Position numbers and translations under genes: made by a program. From contig OZ220741.1 in NCBI GenBank assembly GCA_965116885.1, forward strand, positions 5,472,001 to 5,536,000: a stretch of 64,000 nt of DNA. Reading direction: 5' to 3'. The DNA is from Candidatus Latescibacterota bacterium. GTDB lineage: Bacteria > Latescibacterota > UBA2968. Position 1 is the first letter of the stretch. Each line of letters begins with the position of its first letter. Of this stretch, positions 1 through 10,362 are shown one piece after another. Under the pieces are notes generated by a model. The model was not told where the DNA came from. It saw nothing but the letters and a program-made list of their open reading frames with translations, and did no database searches.

Positions 1-411
1 TACGTTGAGACCAATACCAACGACAATAGCCGTGCCACCGGGCTGTTTTTGGTCGCTGCGCTCGAGAAGCATACCGCAAATTTTGGCGCCGTCGATCAAA
101 ACATCGTTGGGCCACTTGGTTCGCGTACTTATACCATAAGTTTTCAGCGCATCGGATACACCCAGAGAAATAGCAATGGGAAGGGATGTCAGTTGGGAAA
201 ACGCGGCTCTTGTAATAAGAAGAAAGGAAAACGTCAGATTCTCATTGGCCTGCGCGATCCATTGACGCTGGTAACGTCCCCGCCCAGCGGTTTGCTCCCG
301 CGCGGCGATGACAAAGCCAGAGGCAAGCCTCTCATCTCTATATAGACGCTGAAGAAGGTGCGTATTGGTCGAAGCGAGTTGATCGTGCCATTCGGGCGTT
401 AGAAAATTCAT
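1..411 (-). CDS. birA: biotin--[acetyl-CoA-carboxylase] ligase, partial (3' end outside window)
   Basis: Manual translation of the minus strand from ATG at 411: ...STNTHL...EQTAGRGRYQRQW...KWPNDVLIDGAKICGML...VVGIGLNV, the canonical BirA motifs. Not in the ORF track. Confidence 0.93.
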   Translation of the reverse strand, partial: MNFLTPEWHDQLASTNTHLLQRLYRDERLASGFVIAAREQTAGRGRYQRQWIAQANENLTFSFLLITRAAFSQLTSLPIAISLGVSDALKTYGISTRTKWPNDVLIDGAKICGMLLERSDQKQPGGTAIVVGIGLNV

Positions 412-485
412 AAAATAAAACCTGATCTCGTATGCTCAAGTCTATTTCATAGGACAGAACCCGTATATCTCCCCACCACCGTATC

Positions 486-514
486 TTGACAATAGAATGG
501 AAATAACACATACT
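486..514 (+). promoter_or_regulatory. putative sigma70 promoter for the yej operon
   Basis: TTGACA-N17-CATACT upstream of the ATG at 589. Confidence 0.45.
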
Positions 515-588
515 TCAAAAGGGCAGACGTAGAGGCGAACCTGTGTGTCTGTCCTCCTTCTTGAACATTTTACAACAGGAGCCTGCTC

Positions 589-2421
589 ATGAAAACTATT
601 TTATTCGCGCTGGTATTGAGTCTATGCGTTGCTTTACCCATAGCGTCAGATCAGCCCAATTACAAGGGTCACGCGATCTCAATGTACGGCGATTTGAAAT
701 ACGGGCCTGACTTCAAACACTTCGACTATGCCAACCCCAACGCCCCCAAAGGCGGCGCTGTAAAAATGAGTGCCAGTGGCACCTATGATTGCTTGAATCA
801 ATTCATCCTCAAGGGCGTATCGGCTTATGGATTGGGGTTGATCTACGATTCATTGACAGAGGGCTCGCTGGACGAGCCTTTTTCCGAATACGGTTTGCTC
901 GCAGAATCGATAGAAGTGCCGCCTGATCGTTCATGGGCGCTCTTCACACTGCGCTCTGGGGCGCGCTGGCACGACGGCAAACCCATTACTCCGGAAGATG
1001 TCGTTTTTACTTTTCAAACAATTCAAACCAAAGGTAGCCCCAGATATCGCAATTATTATGCAGATATCAAACAGGTTGAAAAGATTGGCGAACGCCAGAT
1101 AAAATTCACATTTGGAGGAAAGGACAATCGGGAATTGCCCCTCATTGTCGGTCAAATGGCGATCTTGCCCAAACACTATTGGGAAGGCAAAAACTTCGAA
1201 GAAACAACACTGGAACCGCCCCTCGGCAGCGGACCTTACAAAATTGAGGCACATGACCCCGGGCGTTCGATCACATACCGACGTATCGAAAATTATTGGG
1301 GTGCAGATTTGCCATTGAACAAAGGGCGTTATAATCCAGATGTCATTCACTACGATTATTACAAAGACAGAACCGTTGCAACCGAAGCGCAAAAAGGCGG
1401 CGAATTTGATTTTGACCTGCAAAACAATTCCAAGTCGTGGGCAACAGCGTACGATATTCCGGCTGTAGCCGAAGGCAGATTGATAAAGGAATTAATCCCG
1501 CACGAAAATGGCACCGGGATGCAGGGATTCTGGTTTAACACGCGACGCAGCAAATTTGCCGATCCCAAAGTGCGACACGCCCTGGCTTATGCATTTGATT
1601 TTGCGTGGACCAATACCAATCTATTTTACGGACAATACGCGCGTTCGACGAGTTATTTTTCCAACACAGAACTCGCCTCGTCGGGACTGCCCCAGGGACA
1701 GGAACTCGAAATATTAGAAGCATTTCGCGGACAGATACCCGAGGAAGTATTTACTGCAGAATACAAACCGCCCACAACAGATGGATCGGGCAATATTCGC
1801 CAGAATTTGCGCATAGCCACACGGATGTTAAAAGCAGCCGGGTGGTCCGTAAAAGAAGGGAAGCTTACCAACGATACATCGGGCGAAACCATGATAATTG
1901 AATTTTTAATTAACAATTCGCCCTCCTGGGAGCGCATTGTAGGTCCGTACATTCAAAACCTGGAGCGGCTCGGTGTGGAAGCAACAATTAAAATTGTAGA
2001 TACATCGCAATATCAAAATCGCATTCAAGAATACGATTTTGATGCTATTGTAAGCCTCAGAGCACAGTCGCTAAGCCCCGGCAATGAACAGCGCTATTAT
2101 TGGACATCGGCAGCTGCGGATGAACCCGGTACGAGAAATTATGCGGGCATTAAAGATCCCGTCGTAGATGCGCTGGTAGATCAGCTAATCAACGCACCCG
2201 ATAGAAAAACCCTCGTGGCGACCACCCGGGCACTGGATCGCGCCCTCTTGTGGGGTCACTACGTAGTGCCGCATTGGCATATCCGCGCGCACCGCGTAGT
2301 GTACTGGAACAAATTTGGCAAACCCGATATTTCGCCCAAATACATGCCGCAACCCTGGCTGTATTTTCCCGATACATGGTGGGTTGATGCTGCAAAAGAA
2401 GAGGCATTAAAGAAAAATTAA
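589..2421 (+). CDS. yejA: ABC peptide transporter substrate-binding protein, YejA family
   Basis: Signal peptide; [24 protein letters not shown] and PPLGSGPY motifs; SBP family 5. Confidence 0.9.
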   Translation: MKTILFALVLSLCVALPIASDQPNYKGHAISMYGDLKYGPDFKHFDYANPNAPKGGAVKMSASGTYDCLNQFILKGVSAYGLGLIYDSLTEGSLDEPFSEYGLLAESIEVPPDRSWALFTLRSGARWHDGKPITPEDVVFTFQTIQTKGSPRYRNYYADIKQVEKIGERQIKFTFGGKDNRELPLIVGQMAILPKHYWEGKNFEETTLEPPLGSGPYKIEAHDPGRSITYRRIENYWGADLPLNKGRYNPDVIHYDYYKDRTVATEAQKGGEFDFDLQNNSKSWATAYDIPAVAEGRLIKELIPHENGTGMQGFWFNTRRSKFADPKVRHALAYAFDFAWTNTNLFYGQYARSTSYFSNTELASSGLPQGQELEILEAFRGQIPEEVFTAEYKPPTTDGSGNIRQNLRIATRMLKAAGWSVKEGKLTNDTSGETMIIEFLINNSPSWERIVGPYIQNLERLGVEATIKIVDTSQYQNRIQEYDFDAIVSLRAQSLSPGNEQRYYWTSAAADEPGTRNYAGIKDPVVDALVDQLINAPDRKTLVATTRALDRALLWGHYVVPHWHIRAHRVVYWNKFGKPDISPKYMPQPWLYFPDTWWVDAAKEEALKKN

Positions 2422-2426
2422 GTGTC

Positions 2427-3533
2427 ATGGGATCCTATATATTAAGACGCTTTTTGCTATTCTTCCCAACGCTACTCGGCGTCATGGTGATCAATTTTCT
2501 GATCATTCAAGCCGCGCCCGGTGGGCCTGTTGAGCAAGCCATCGCACAGATACAGGGCCACGATGTGGATGCGTCTGCCCGCGTAGGCGGCGATGGGGGA
2601 GAACTATCCTCATCTCAAACCCCGCGACAGCGCAGTGAAGGATCAACGAGTAAATACCGCGGCGCGCAAGGGCTTGACCCCGAACTAATCGCGGAATTGG
2701 AGCGGATGTATGGCTTTGACAAACCGGCTCATGAACGCTTCTATCAGATGATCGTGCGCTATTTGCAATTCGATTTTGGCGAGAGTTTTTATCGCGACCA
2801 AACCGTTGTCGATATCGTCCTGGACAAAATGCCCGTATCGATCTCCCTCGGCTTATGGACGACATTGCTCGTTTATCTCATCTCCATTCCACTGGGCGTG
2901 ACCAAAGCCGTGCGCGACGGATCCAAATTCGACATATGGACATCGGGCGTGATCGTCATAGGCAATGCCGTGCCCGGATTTATGTTTGCAATCTTCTTAA
3001 TCGTATTATTTGCCGGTGGCAGTTATTTCGACCTTTTTCCACTGCGGGGATTGACCTCCCCCGAATGGGATCAGTTTGGCCTATTTCACAAAATCACCGA
3101 TTATTTTTGGCACCTCGCACTGCCCATCGCCTCCATGGTAATCGGTGGATTTGCCGGGTTGACCCTCTTGACAAAAAATTCGTTTCTGGACGAAATCAAC
3201 AAACAATACGTCATGACGGCACGGGCAAAGGGATTGGAAGAGCGTCGCGTATTGTACGGACACATTTTTCGCAACGCGATGCTCATTGTGATCGCGGGGT
3301 TCCCCAGCGCATTTGTCAACATCTTGTTCACGGGTTCACTACTGACCGAGATAATCTTTTCGCTCGACGGCCTGGGCCTCCTGGGCTATGAAGCCACAGT
3401 CAACCGCGATTACCCGATCATGTTTGCCACACTTTACTTTTTTACCTTGCTGGGATTGGTGATGCAATTGGTAAGCGACCTGACCTACACACTGGTAGAT
3501 CCGAGGATTGATTTTGAAAGCAGAGAAGTGTAG
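2427..3533 (+). CDS. yejB: microcin C / peptide ABC transporter permease
   Basis: [28 protein letters not shown] and VDPRIDFE motifs. Confidence 0.92.
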   Translation: MGSYILRRFLLFFPTLLGVMVINFLIIQAAPGGPVEQAIAQIQGHDVDASARVGGDGGELSSSQTPRQRSEGSTSKYRGAQGLDPELIAELERMYGFDKPAHERFYQMIVRYLQFDFGESFYRDQTVVDIVLDKMPVSISLGLWTTLLVYLISIPLGVTKAVRDGSKFDIWTSGVIVIGNAVPGFMFAIFLIVLFAGGSYFDLFPLRGLTSPEWDQFGLFHKITDYFWHLALPIASMVIGGFAGLTLLTKNSFLDEINKQYVMTARAKGLEERRVLYGHIFRNAMLIVIAGFPSAFVNILFTGSLLTEIIFSLDGLGLLGYEATVNRDYPIMFATLYFFTLLGLVMQLVSDLTYTLVDPRIDFESREV

Positions 3534-3556
3534 GGACAGTGCCCCCGTGCCTGTCC
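3530..3556 (+). repeat. GTAG-type REP-like palindrome
   Basis: GTAGGGACAG-TGCCCCCGTGC-CTGTCC at the yejB stop. Confidence 0.55.
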
Positions 3557-3591
3557 ACTGTAACATCTTTCTGCGATATCGAGAATAAACT

Positions 3592-4680
3592 ATGGATAAA
3601 CAGGATCTTGTGCGCGAAGATCAATTTCTGGGTTTTCGAATCTCGAGTCTCACGCGCCGACGCCTGGACAATTTTAAGGCAAATCGACGCGGCTATTACA
3701 GCCTGTGGATATTTCTCGTCCTGTTCGGGTTGAGCTTGCCCGCAGAATTTATCGCCAATGACAAACCCCTTTTGGTTCGACACAAGGGGGCGTTTTATTT
3801 TCCAGTATTAAAAGCCTACCCCGAAACGCTTTTTGGCGGCGACTTTGAAACCGAAGCTGAGTACCGAGATCCATTTGTAACAGAATTAATTGAAAAAGAC
3901 GGATGGATCATCTGGCCTCTGGTGCCATTTCGCTACGATACGATCAACTACGACCTCAAGCATCCAGCCCCTGCACCACCTTCTATACAAAACTATCTGG
4001 GCACCGATGATCAGGCACGCGATGTAACCTCGCGATTGCTCTACGGATTTCGGTTATCGGTCTTATTTGCCCTCGCGCTCACGGTATTCAGTTCCATAGT
4101 AGGCATTGCAGCCGGGGCCGTACAAGGTTATTTGGGGGGGTGGGTCGATCTTATTTTTCAAAGATTTATCGAAATTTGGGGCGGGTTGCCCACCCTGTTT
4201 ATCCTCATTATTATCGCCAGCATTATTGAGCCAACTTTCTGGACGCTCTTGCTGATTATGCTGCTATTCTCCTGGATGCGCCTCGTCGGCGTGGTGCGAG
4301 CCGAGTTCTTGCGGGCGCGCAATTTTGATTTTGTACGCGCCGCACGCGCTCTGGGTGTCAATGACTTGACAATTATGTGGCGGCACGTTTTGCCCAATGC
4401 CATGGTGGCAACCCTGACCTTCTTGCCCTTTGTACTGGTGGGATCTGTCACGGTATTGACCTCGCTGGACTTTCTCGGTTTTGGCCTTCCGCCCCCCTCT
4501 CCCTCGCTGGGAGAATTGCTCAATCAGGGCAAGCGCAATCTGCAGGCTCCCTGGCTGGGTCTATCCGGATTTTTTGTCCTGGCAATTATGTTATCGCTAC
4601 TTGTATTTATCGGCGAGGCCGTGCGCGATGCGTTTGATGTCCGCAAGACCCTGTCGCAAACGGAGGGTAAGAGCGCGTGA
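3592..4680 (+). CDS. yejE: peptide ABC transporter permease
   Basis: FKANRRG, AEFIANDKPL, LGTDDQARDV, VRAEFLRARNFDFVRAARALG. Confidence 0.92.
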   Translation: MDKQDLVREDQFLGFRISSLTRRRLDNFKANRRGYYSLWIFLVLFGLSLPAEFIANDKPLLVRHKGAFYFPVLKAYPETLFGGDFETEAEYRDPFVTELIEKDGWIIWPLVPFRYDTINYDLKHPAPAPPSIQNYLGTDDQARDVTSRLLYGFRLSVLFALALTVFSSIVGIAAGAVQGYLGGWVDLIFQRFIEIWGGLPTLFILIIIASIIEPTFWTLLLIMLLFSWMRLVGVVRAEFLRARNFDFVRAARALGVNDLTIMWRHVLPNAMVATLTFLPFVLVGSVTVLTSLDFLGFGLPPPSPSLGELLNQGKRNLQAPWLGLSGFFVLAIMLSLLVFIGEAVRDAFDVRKTLSQTEGKSA

Positions 4681-6302
4681 GCTTGTTAGACGTTCAAAAT
4701 TTGGGCGTGCATTTTCAACTCGAAGACCAGGTCGTCGAAGCTGTACGCGGCGTATCGTTTCACATTGAAAAAGGTGAAACCGTCGCACTCGTAGGCGAAT
4801 CGGGATCGGGCAAATCCGTCTCGGCACTTTCCGTAATGCAATTGCTGCCCTATCCGCGCGCCTCGCATCCACACGGCAGCGTACAATTTGACGGAGAGGA
4901 AATGCTGGGCGCGTCGCAAGACCGACTGCAACAACTGCGCGGCGACCGCATTGCGATGATTTTTCAGGAGCCGATGACCTCACTGAATCCGCTGCATACA
5001 ATTGAGAAACAGATCGGCGAAACCCTGATGTTGCACCGCAAAATGACGCGAGAGCAAGCGCGTGAACACACGATAGACTTATTGCAAAAAGTACACTTGC
5101 CCGATCCCGAAACGCGCCTCAAATCCTATCCCCACCAGCTATCGGGTGGTCAGCGACAACGCGTAATGATCGCCATGGCCCTGGCCAATGAGCCGGATTT
5201 GCTCATTGCCGATGAGCCTACAACTGCGCTGGATGTGACCATCCAGGCACAAATTTTGAAATTGCTCAAAGACCTGCAAGATGAATTTGGCATGGCAATT
5301 TTGCTCATCACGCACGACCTGACAATCGTGCGGCATGTAGCGGATCGCGTTTATGTAATGACCCAGGGAAAAATTGTAGAAGAAGGAGACACCGCGCGCA
5401 TCTTCGATCAGCCGCAACACATCTATACACAAAAACTTCTAAATGCACAGCCAAAGGGGACGGCATCCGCGCTGAATGGATCGGCACCCATTGTGGTCGA
5501 GGCGGATAATCTGAAAGTGTGGTTCCCCATTCAGCGGGGATTGTTGCGGCGAACCATCGGGCATATAAAAGCCGTAGATGGCATTTCAGTAACCATTCGC
5601 GCCGGACATACCGTCGGCGTTGTCGGCGAATCCGGATCGGGCAAAACAACATTGGGATTGGCCCTGTTGCGATTGCTGAGCAGTCAGGGACCGATTGAGT
5701 TTAATGGACAGGGCATTCAGAACCTGCCGGGCAAAGTACTCCGCCCCTTGAGGCGAGAGATGCAAATTGTTTTTCAAGACCCCTTCGGGTCCTTAAGCCC
5801 CCGCCTATCGGTCTTTCACATTATCGCCGAGGGGTTGCGGGTTCACAACATGGGAGACAGCGATCACAAACGCCGAGACCTCGTAGCAGAAATAATGGAT
5901 GAAGTCGGGCTTGAACCCGAAATGATGGACCGGTTTCCACACGAGTTCTCTGGCGGCCAACGGCAGCGCATTGCCATCGCACGCGCCATGGTATTGCGCC
6001 CCCAATTTGTGGTCCTGGACGAACCCACAAGTGCGCTGGACATGACCGTACAGTCCCAAATCATCGACTTGCTCCGGCGCTTGCAAAAAGACCACGATCT
6101 GGCTTATTTATTCATCAGCCACGACCTGCGGGTCGTGCGCGCACTCGCCAATGAACTCGTCGTAATGAAGGACGGCGTCGTTGTAGAACACGGCGCCACA
6201 GAAACCGTATTTGCAAATCCACAAACAGATTATACGCGGGAATTGATTACAGCGGCATTTGATATTGATGTTGTTGAAAGAGACACAGATGGAGGCGGAT
6301 GA
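4677..6302 (+). CDS. yejF: peptide ABC transporter ATP-binding protein with two ATPase domains
   Basis: Two Walker A motifs ([16 protein letters not shown]), two SGGQRQR signatures and DEPT motifs; operon order yejABEF. Confidence 0.92.
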   Translation: MSLLDVQNLGVHFQLEDQVVEAVRGVSFHIEKGETVALVGESGSGKSVSALSVMQLLPYPRASHPHGSVQFDGEEMLGASQDRLQQLRGDRIAMIFQEPMTSLNPLHTIEKQIGETLMLHRKMTREQAREHTIDLLQKVHLPDPETRLKSYPHQLSGGQRQRVMIAMALANEPDLLIADEPTTALDVTIQAQILKLLKDLQDEFGMAILLITHDLTIVRHVADRVYVMTQGKIVEEGDTARIFDQPQHIYTQKLLNAQPKGTASALNGSAPIVVEADNLKVWFPIQRGLLRRTIGHIKAVDGISVTIRAGHTVGVVGESGSGKTTLGLALLRLLSSQGPIEFNGQGIQNLPGKVLRPLRREMQIVFQDPFGSLSPRLSVFHIIAEGLRVHNMGDSDHKRRDLVAEIMDEVGLEPEMMDRFPHEFSGGQRQRIAIARAMVLRPQFVVLDEPTSALDMTVQSQIIDLLRRLQKDHDLAYLFISHDLRVVRALANELVVMKDGVVVEHGATETVFANPQTDYTRELITAAFDIDVVERDTDGGG

Positions 6303-6363
6303 TAGGCTTTAGAAAGGTAATAGCGCAACCATCCCCGTCTCTCAAAAACTATCGAACATCTAT

Positions 6364-8196
6364 TTAGCCGCCAAAATAATCGATAACAATTTCGGCCATC
6401 TTTTTCGAAGCCTCATTGTTCTGAATATCTACGACTGATATAGCGTGTTTTCTTCCAAGAGCATCCACTCTATCCCTATTATTTTCTACAACGAGCAAAA
6501 TCGTAGCAGATTGACCCATTATACGCAGTGCCTCTATCGCATCTTGAATATAGGCATCCGAATCACAGGCATTGACAATTAAGATAGAGGCATCCGGTTT
6601 CAGCCCCATCAAGAGACCAATGGATTGAAAAAGCGAAAGGTGGGGGCTATAAATATCATCAGGAATTATTGTTGATCGGGCCGAAAACAAAACGAGATCA
6701 GGCCGCTTTGTGCGGTATAGTTCGTGTAAATTGTAGCTGAGATATGATGTATAGTGCTGCTCAGACATCTCGAGTTTATCTGCCGAATCAATTGGAAATA
6801 CGAAATCCAAATTGAAGAGGTCTGCATATCTCTCTGTTCCAATCTGACTCACTTTATATCCTATTTGAGTAAGCTCTTTGAACAACTTGATCTGAATGCG
6901 AAATGTATCACAATGTGCCTGTGTGCCAAAAATACCTATGACTGGCACATCCACAGCTTGAAAATAAAAATAGCCGTTGGCAACATCCTCTATGTTCAAT
7001 TGAGGATTGAATATCTTTAACCCCTTTTTATTTGCTATCGCAAAGAGATCGTGATTGTATTTGGGTGGCAAACAACTGAAAATGTTGACATTATTTGCTA
7101 AAGTACGATACATAACTTCAGTCAATACATCTCGCCGGACAACGCGACTCAACGGACTCATATCGCCTATGATGAGCGTGTCGGCATTTTTCAGCACATC
7201 CCGAAGACACGCGCTTAGTTCAGAATCTAAGAGGACCGCTCGACCACTGCCATCATATCTAAACAGTCTCTCTTCCAGTGGATCGACAACACGATGTATA
7301 TCGAACTCGAGTAAATCCTCAAAACGCTCTATATTTTTCAGCTCTTTGTGAATCGCAAACAGGGTTGCTCGCCTAATACAAGGATATTGTTGAATCTCTT
7401 TTCTTTTTTTTTGTGATATTGGTTTTTCAGTAATTGGTAATACGACATCATTTTGAATTGATTCTACAGGTTCCGGAAGGGATTGCAGCGATAGAATTTC
7501 CCTTGTCGCATTTAGAGAGGCGCAAGGGTAAATTTGCCGAATCAAACAGACGATCCCTGCAATACGAGATGCGGCAAAACTCGATCCTGCCGTAATGACT
7601 TTAGACGAATTTTTCCAACACAAAATCTGTTCGCCGCCATGCGCGACACATTCAATGTGATTATTTTTTCGGAAATAATAATCATTGAGCTTTTGCAGCG
7701 GCTTTCCCTGCACGCCAATGACATCTGGGAAAATAGCTGGATAACTTTCGATTCCTCTGTTGTGAGCTGCTGCAACGAGAATGATATCTTCTTGGGCAGC
7801 TTGCCGACACAATTCTTGGATAGGCTCAAAATACTGACGATCCGTTGTGCCCAAACTCAAATTGACAACATCTATCCCGCGATCTATGACCCACTGCAAA
7901 GCTGCTATTAACAATTTGCCATCCGCAACCAAAGATTGTTCGAAAATGCGGATAATATAGATTTCAGCATCAGGCGCGATTTGGCGAATGATTCCCGTGC
8001 AAGCAGTGCCATGGCCTGATCGATCCGCATAATCAGTTCCCCAAATAATCTGTCCATCGGAATCTATTTTGATATCCATACCCTGAGTAATAGATCCGAT
8101 TTCGGGATGTTCATAATCGACCCCACTATCGATGATTGCTATTTTGACGTCCTGCCCCGTCAATCTGCCAAAATCCAGCTTATCCGTGTCCTCCAT
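6364..8196 (-). CDS. S8 (subtilisin-like) serine peptidase fused to a DUF1611/TIGR04066-like peptide-maturation domain
   Basis: Catalytic triad motifs IIDSG, HGTAC and GSSFA; C-half VPVIGIFGT....F..Q..L...L...GYKVSQIGTE; no signal peptide. Confidence 0.8.
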   Translation of the reverse strand: MEDTDKLDFGRLTGQDVKIAIIDSGVDYEHPEIGSITQGMDIKIDSDGQIIWGTDYADRSGHGTACTGIIRQIAPDAEIYIIRIFEQSLVADGKLLIAALQWVIDRGIDVVNLSLGTTDRQYFEPIQELCRQAAQEDIILVAAAHNRGIESYPAIFPDVIGVQGKPLQKLNDYYFRKNNHIECVAHGGEQILCWKNSSKVITAGSSFAASRIAGIVCLIRQIYPCASLNATREILSLQSLPEPVESIQNDVVLPITEKPISQKKRKEIQQYPCIRRATLFAIHKELKNIERFEDLLEFDIHRVVDPLEERLFRYDGSGRAVLLDSELSACLRDVLKNADTLIIGDMSPLSRVVRRDVLTEVMYRTLANNVNIFSCLPPKYNHDLFAIANKKGLKIFNPQLNIEDVANGYFYFQAVDVPVIGIFGTQAHCDTFRIQIKLFKELTQIGYKVSQIGTERYADLFNLDFVFPIDSADKLEMSEQHYTSYLSYNLHELYRTKRPDLVLFSARSTIIPDDIYSPHLSLFQSIGLLMGLKPDASILIVNACDSDAYIQDAIEALRIMGQSATILLVVENNRDRVDALGRKHAISVVDIQNNEASKKMAEIVIDYFGG

Positions 8197-8214
8197 TAAA
8201 ACCTCATCGGTTGA

Positions 8215-9918
8215 TCATCCATAAAGCTGACTATACACTTTACCATGATGTATAAGTTCATCATGAGTGCCTTGTTCCGCCACCCGATGATCTTCAATGA
8301 CCAGGATATGATCCGCATGTCTGATTGTTGAAAGTCTATGAGAAATAATAATCGTTGTTTTCTCTTTCCTGATCTCTTGTAAAGCTTGTAGAATTTTTGT
8401 TTCAGATTCCGTATCCAGGGCTGAAGTCGCTTCATCCAGAATCAGAATGGGTGTATTGCGAAGAATGGCTCTGGCGATCACGATCCTCTGTTTCTGTCCC
8501 TGTGACAACTGCGCGCCTCGTTCTCCCACCTGGGTCTCATACCCTTCTGAAAATTCTTGGATGAAATCATGGGCATGTGCCAACCTTGCTGCCTTCTCTA
8601 CTTGCCACGTTTCCACTCTTTTATTTCCCACGGATATATTTTCAAATACCGAGCCGTAAAACAAAAATGGATCCTGCTGCACAAGCCCAATTTGTCCTCT
8701 CAGAGATGAGAGCCTCATCTGTCTTATATCATATCCATCAATAGTAATAGCACCTGCCTGAGGATCGTAAAATCTCGGGATCAATTGGACGAATGTCGTT
8801 TTGCCATTGCCACTTTTTCCCACAATAGCTGTAGTCTTTCCTCTCTCAATCTCGACAGTGACATCGCTGATAACGGATTGTGATTCTCTATATGAAAAAG
8901 ACACATTGCGAAATTCAATGTGTCCTTCAAGTGGAGGGCCTTCGGGTAATTCTGGAGTCTCTTTTATCTCTGGAACAATGTGGTGAACCTCGAGAAAGCG
9001 ATCAATGTGGACAATAACCGTGCGAAAGTCCATCAGGAGACTCAGCAAACCTTGCATTGGGCCGGAGAGGTAGCCTACATAAGCAGTAAACGCCAAATAG
9101 CTACCCAGACTCATATCACCAGAGAGAATCTGCGTCCAGCCATACCAGCCATACAAAAGCGTCCCACCAGCATGAAGGGCATTAATTAGAAAGCCCGATG
9201 CACCCTGCCAGCAATACATGTTCAGTCGTATCCTTGCTGCTCCTATGGTGGGGTTCTTGATTCGCGAAAACATATAATCTTCGATATTCAAAGCCTGGAT
9301 GGTTCTGATCCCCGAAATAAACTCGATCCTCTTTGCAGAGGCTTCGGCAGTTGTTTCAGCAATTTCTCTGGTTTTTTTAGCCGTATATTTCGACATGAAC
9401 CACGATATCACAGCATCAAATGGCAATACTGCCATACTCAGCAAAGCCAACTTCCAGTTCATGTAGAACAAGATAGGTGGAAACAAGAGCAGCGTCCCCA
9501 CGCTCATAAACGTTGTGCCAATGATACCCATAATTCCAGCTACTGATGATAGGGCATCTCGTGATCTCGATATAATCTCACCGGCTTCTCTCTGATCGAA
9601 AAAACTGAAATTGAGGTATCCGATATGATGATAAAATCCCAGCCCCGTTTTGAGACTTAATCTCATGTTGAGATTATCAGAAAAATATTCATTTAGTGAA
9701 GATATCAGATTGGAAAAAATAGAAATAAAGGCTGTGGAGACGAGAACGACATAAAGTAAGTTTGCGTCTTTGGTGTGATAGACATTATCGATGAGAACTT
9801 TTGTAAAGTAGGGTGGGAGAAGAGAGAAGAAAATCAGAAAGGCACTGACAAACAATGTCTGTATGATCATCTTTCGATGTCCACGCAGCAATAATAAGAT
9901 ATGGGCAAGCTTCTGCAA
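8215..9918 (-). CDS. ABC exporter (TMD+NBD), bacteriocin/T1SS type, without an N-terminal C39 domain
   Basis: Multi-TM N-half, Walker A GKSGNGKT, LSQGQKQR signature, ILDEATSALD. Confidence 0.9.
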   Translation of the reverse strand: MQKLAHILLLLRGHRKMIIQTLFVSAFLIFFSLLPPYFTKVLIDNVYHTKDANLLYVVLVSTAFISIFSNLISSLNEYFSDNLNMRLSLKTGLGFYHHIGYLNFSFFDQREAGEIISRSRDALSSVAGIMGIIGTTFMSVGTLLLFPPILFYMNWKLALLSMAVLPFDAVISWFMSKYTAKKTREIAETTAEASAKRIEFISGIRTIQALNIEDYMFSRIKNPTIGAARIRLNMYCWQGASGFLINALHAGGTLLYGWYGWTQILSGDMSLGSYLAFTAYVGYLSGPMQGLLSLLMDFRTVIVHIDRFLEVHHIVPEIKETPELPEGPPLEGHIEFRNVSFSYRESQSVISDVTVEIERGKTTAIVGKSGNGKTTFVQLIPRFYDPQAGAITIDGYDIRQMRLSSLRGQIGLVQQDPFLFYGSVFENISVGNKRVETWQVEKAARLAHAHDFIQEFSEGYETQVGERGAQLSQGQKQRIVIARAILRNTPILILDEATSALDTESETKILQALQEIRKEKTTIIISHRLSTIRHADHILVIEDHRVAEQGTHDELIHHGKVYSQLYG

Positions 9919-9965
9919 GAAAACCTCCTAACACTGCCAAAAATCCCATCCTAACCTGAAAAAGG

Positions 9966-10322
9966 TCATTTGATTTTTTCATCCTTCGTATCAGTTTCAG
10001 TCTTAGTCTCAAGGGTATCCATGTATCTATGAGCCATATCCCATACCAGGTATGTCAGCATCTCTTCCCAAATTTCACCCACTTCCTCCTTCTGGATTTC
10101 ACTCTGAATTTCACTCTGGGTAATAACCAAATTGTGAACAAGCGTGGTATCTGTATAGGTTGTATCTCGACCATCGTTTGTAATTTTACCCCGCATTACA
10201 GTACCACTGACTCTGACAGAATCTACATGATGTGCTATAGTCATATTCTCAAGCCTTACCACTATGATACCCGATGAATCATGATCATCGCAACTACCAA
10301 GCAGAACTAAACCAGCGATCAT
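9966..10322 (-). CDS. small putative lipoprotein, paralogue of the 107-aa leader-bearing protein; ancestral start probably the AGG at 10349
   Basis: Lipobox LGSC; DSVRVSGTVMRG..DTTY aligns with DTIKVTGTVKQG..DTTW of 12587-12910; GAGGAG lies 7 nt upstream of the in-frame AGG. Confidence 0.65.
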   Translation of the reverse strand: MIAGLVLLGSCDDHDSSGIIVVRLENMTIAHHVDSVRVSGTVMRGKITNDGRDTTYTDTTLVHNLVITQSEIQSEIQKEEVGEIWEEMLTYLVWDMAHRYMDTLETKTETDTKDEKIK

Positions 10323-10362
10323 ATATAGAATAGATATTCGTTTCCGCCTGCTTAATCTCCTC

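Noticed and set aside
49..345. 98-aa plus-strand ORF
   Set aside because: Antisense to birA.
589..6302. Functional link between the yejABEF peptide importer and the adjacent export island
   Set aside because: Convergent orientation, different composition, and yej is a widespread core operon; adjacency alone is insufficient.
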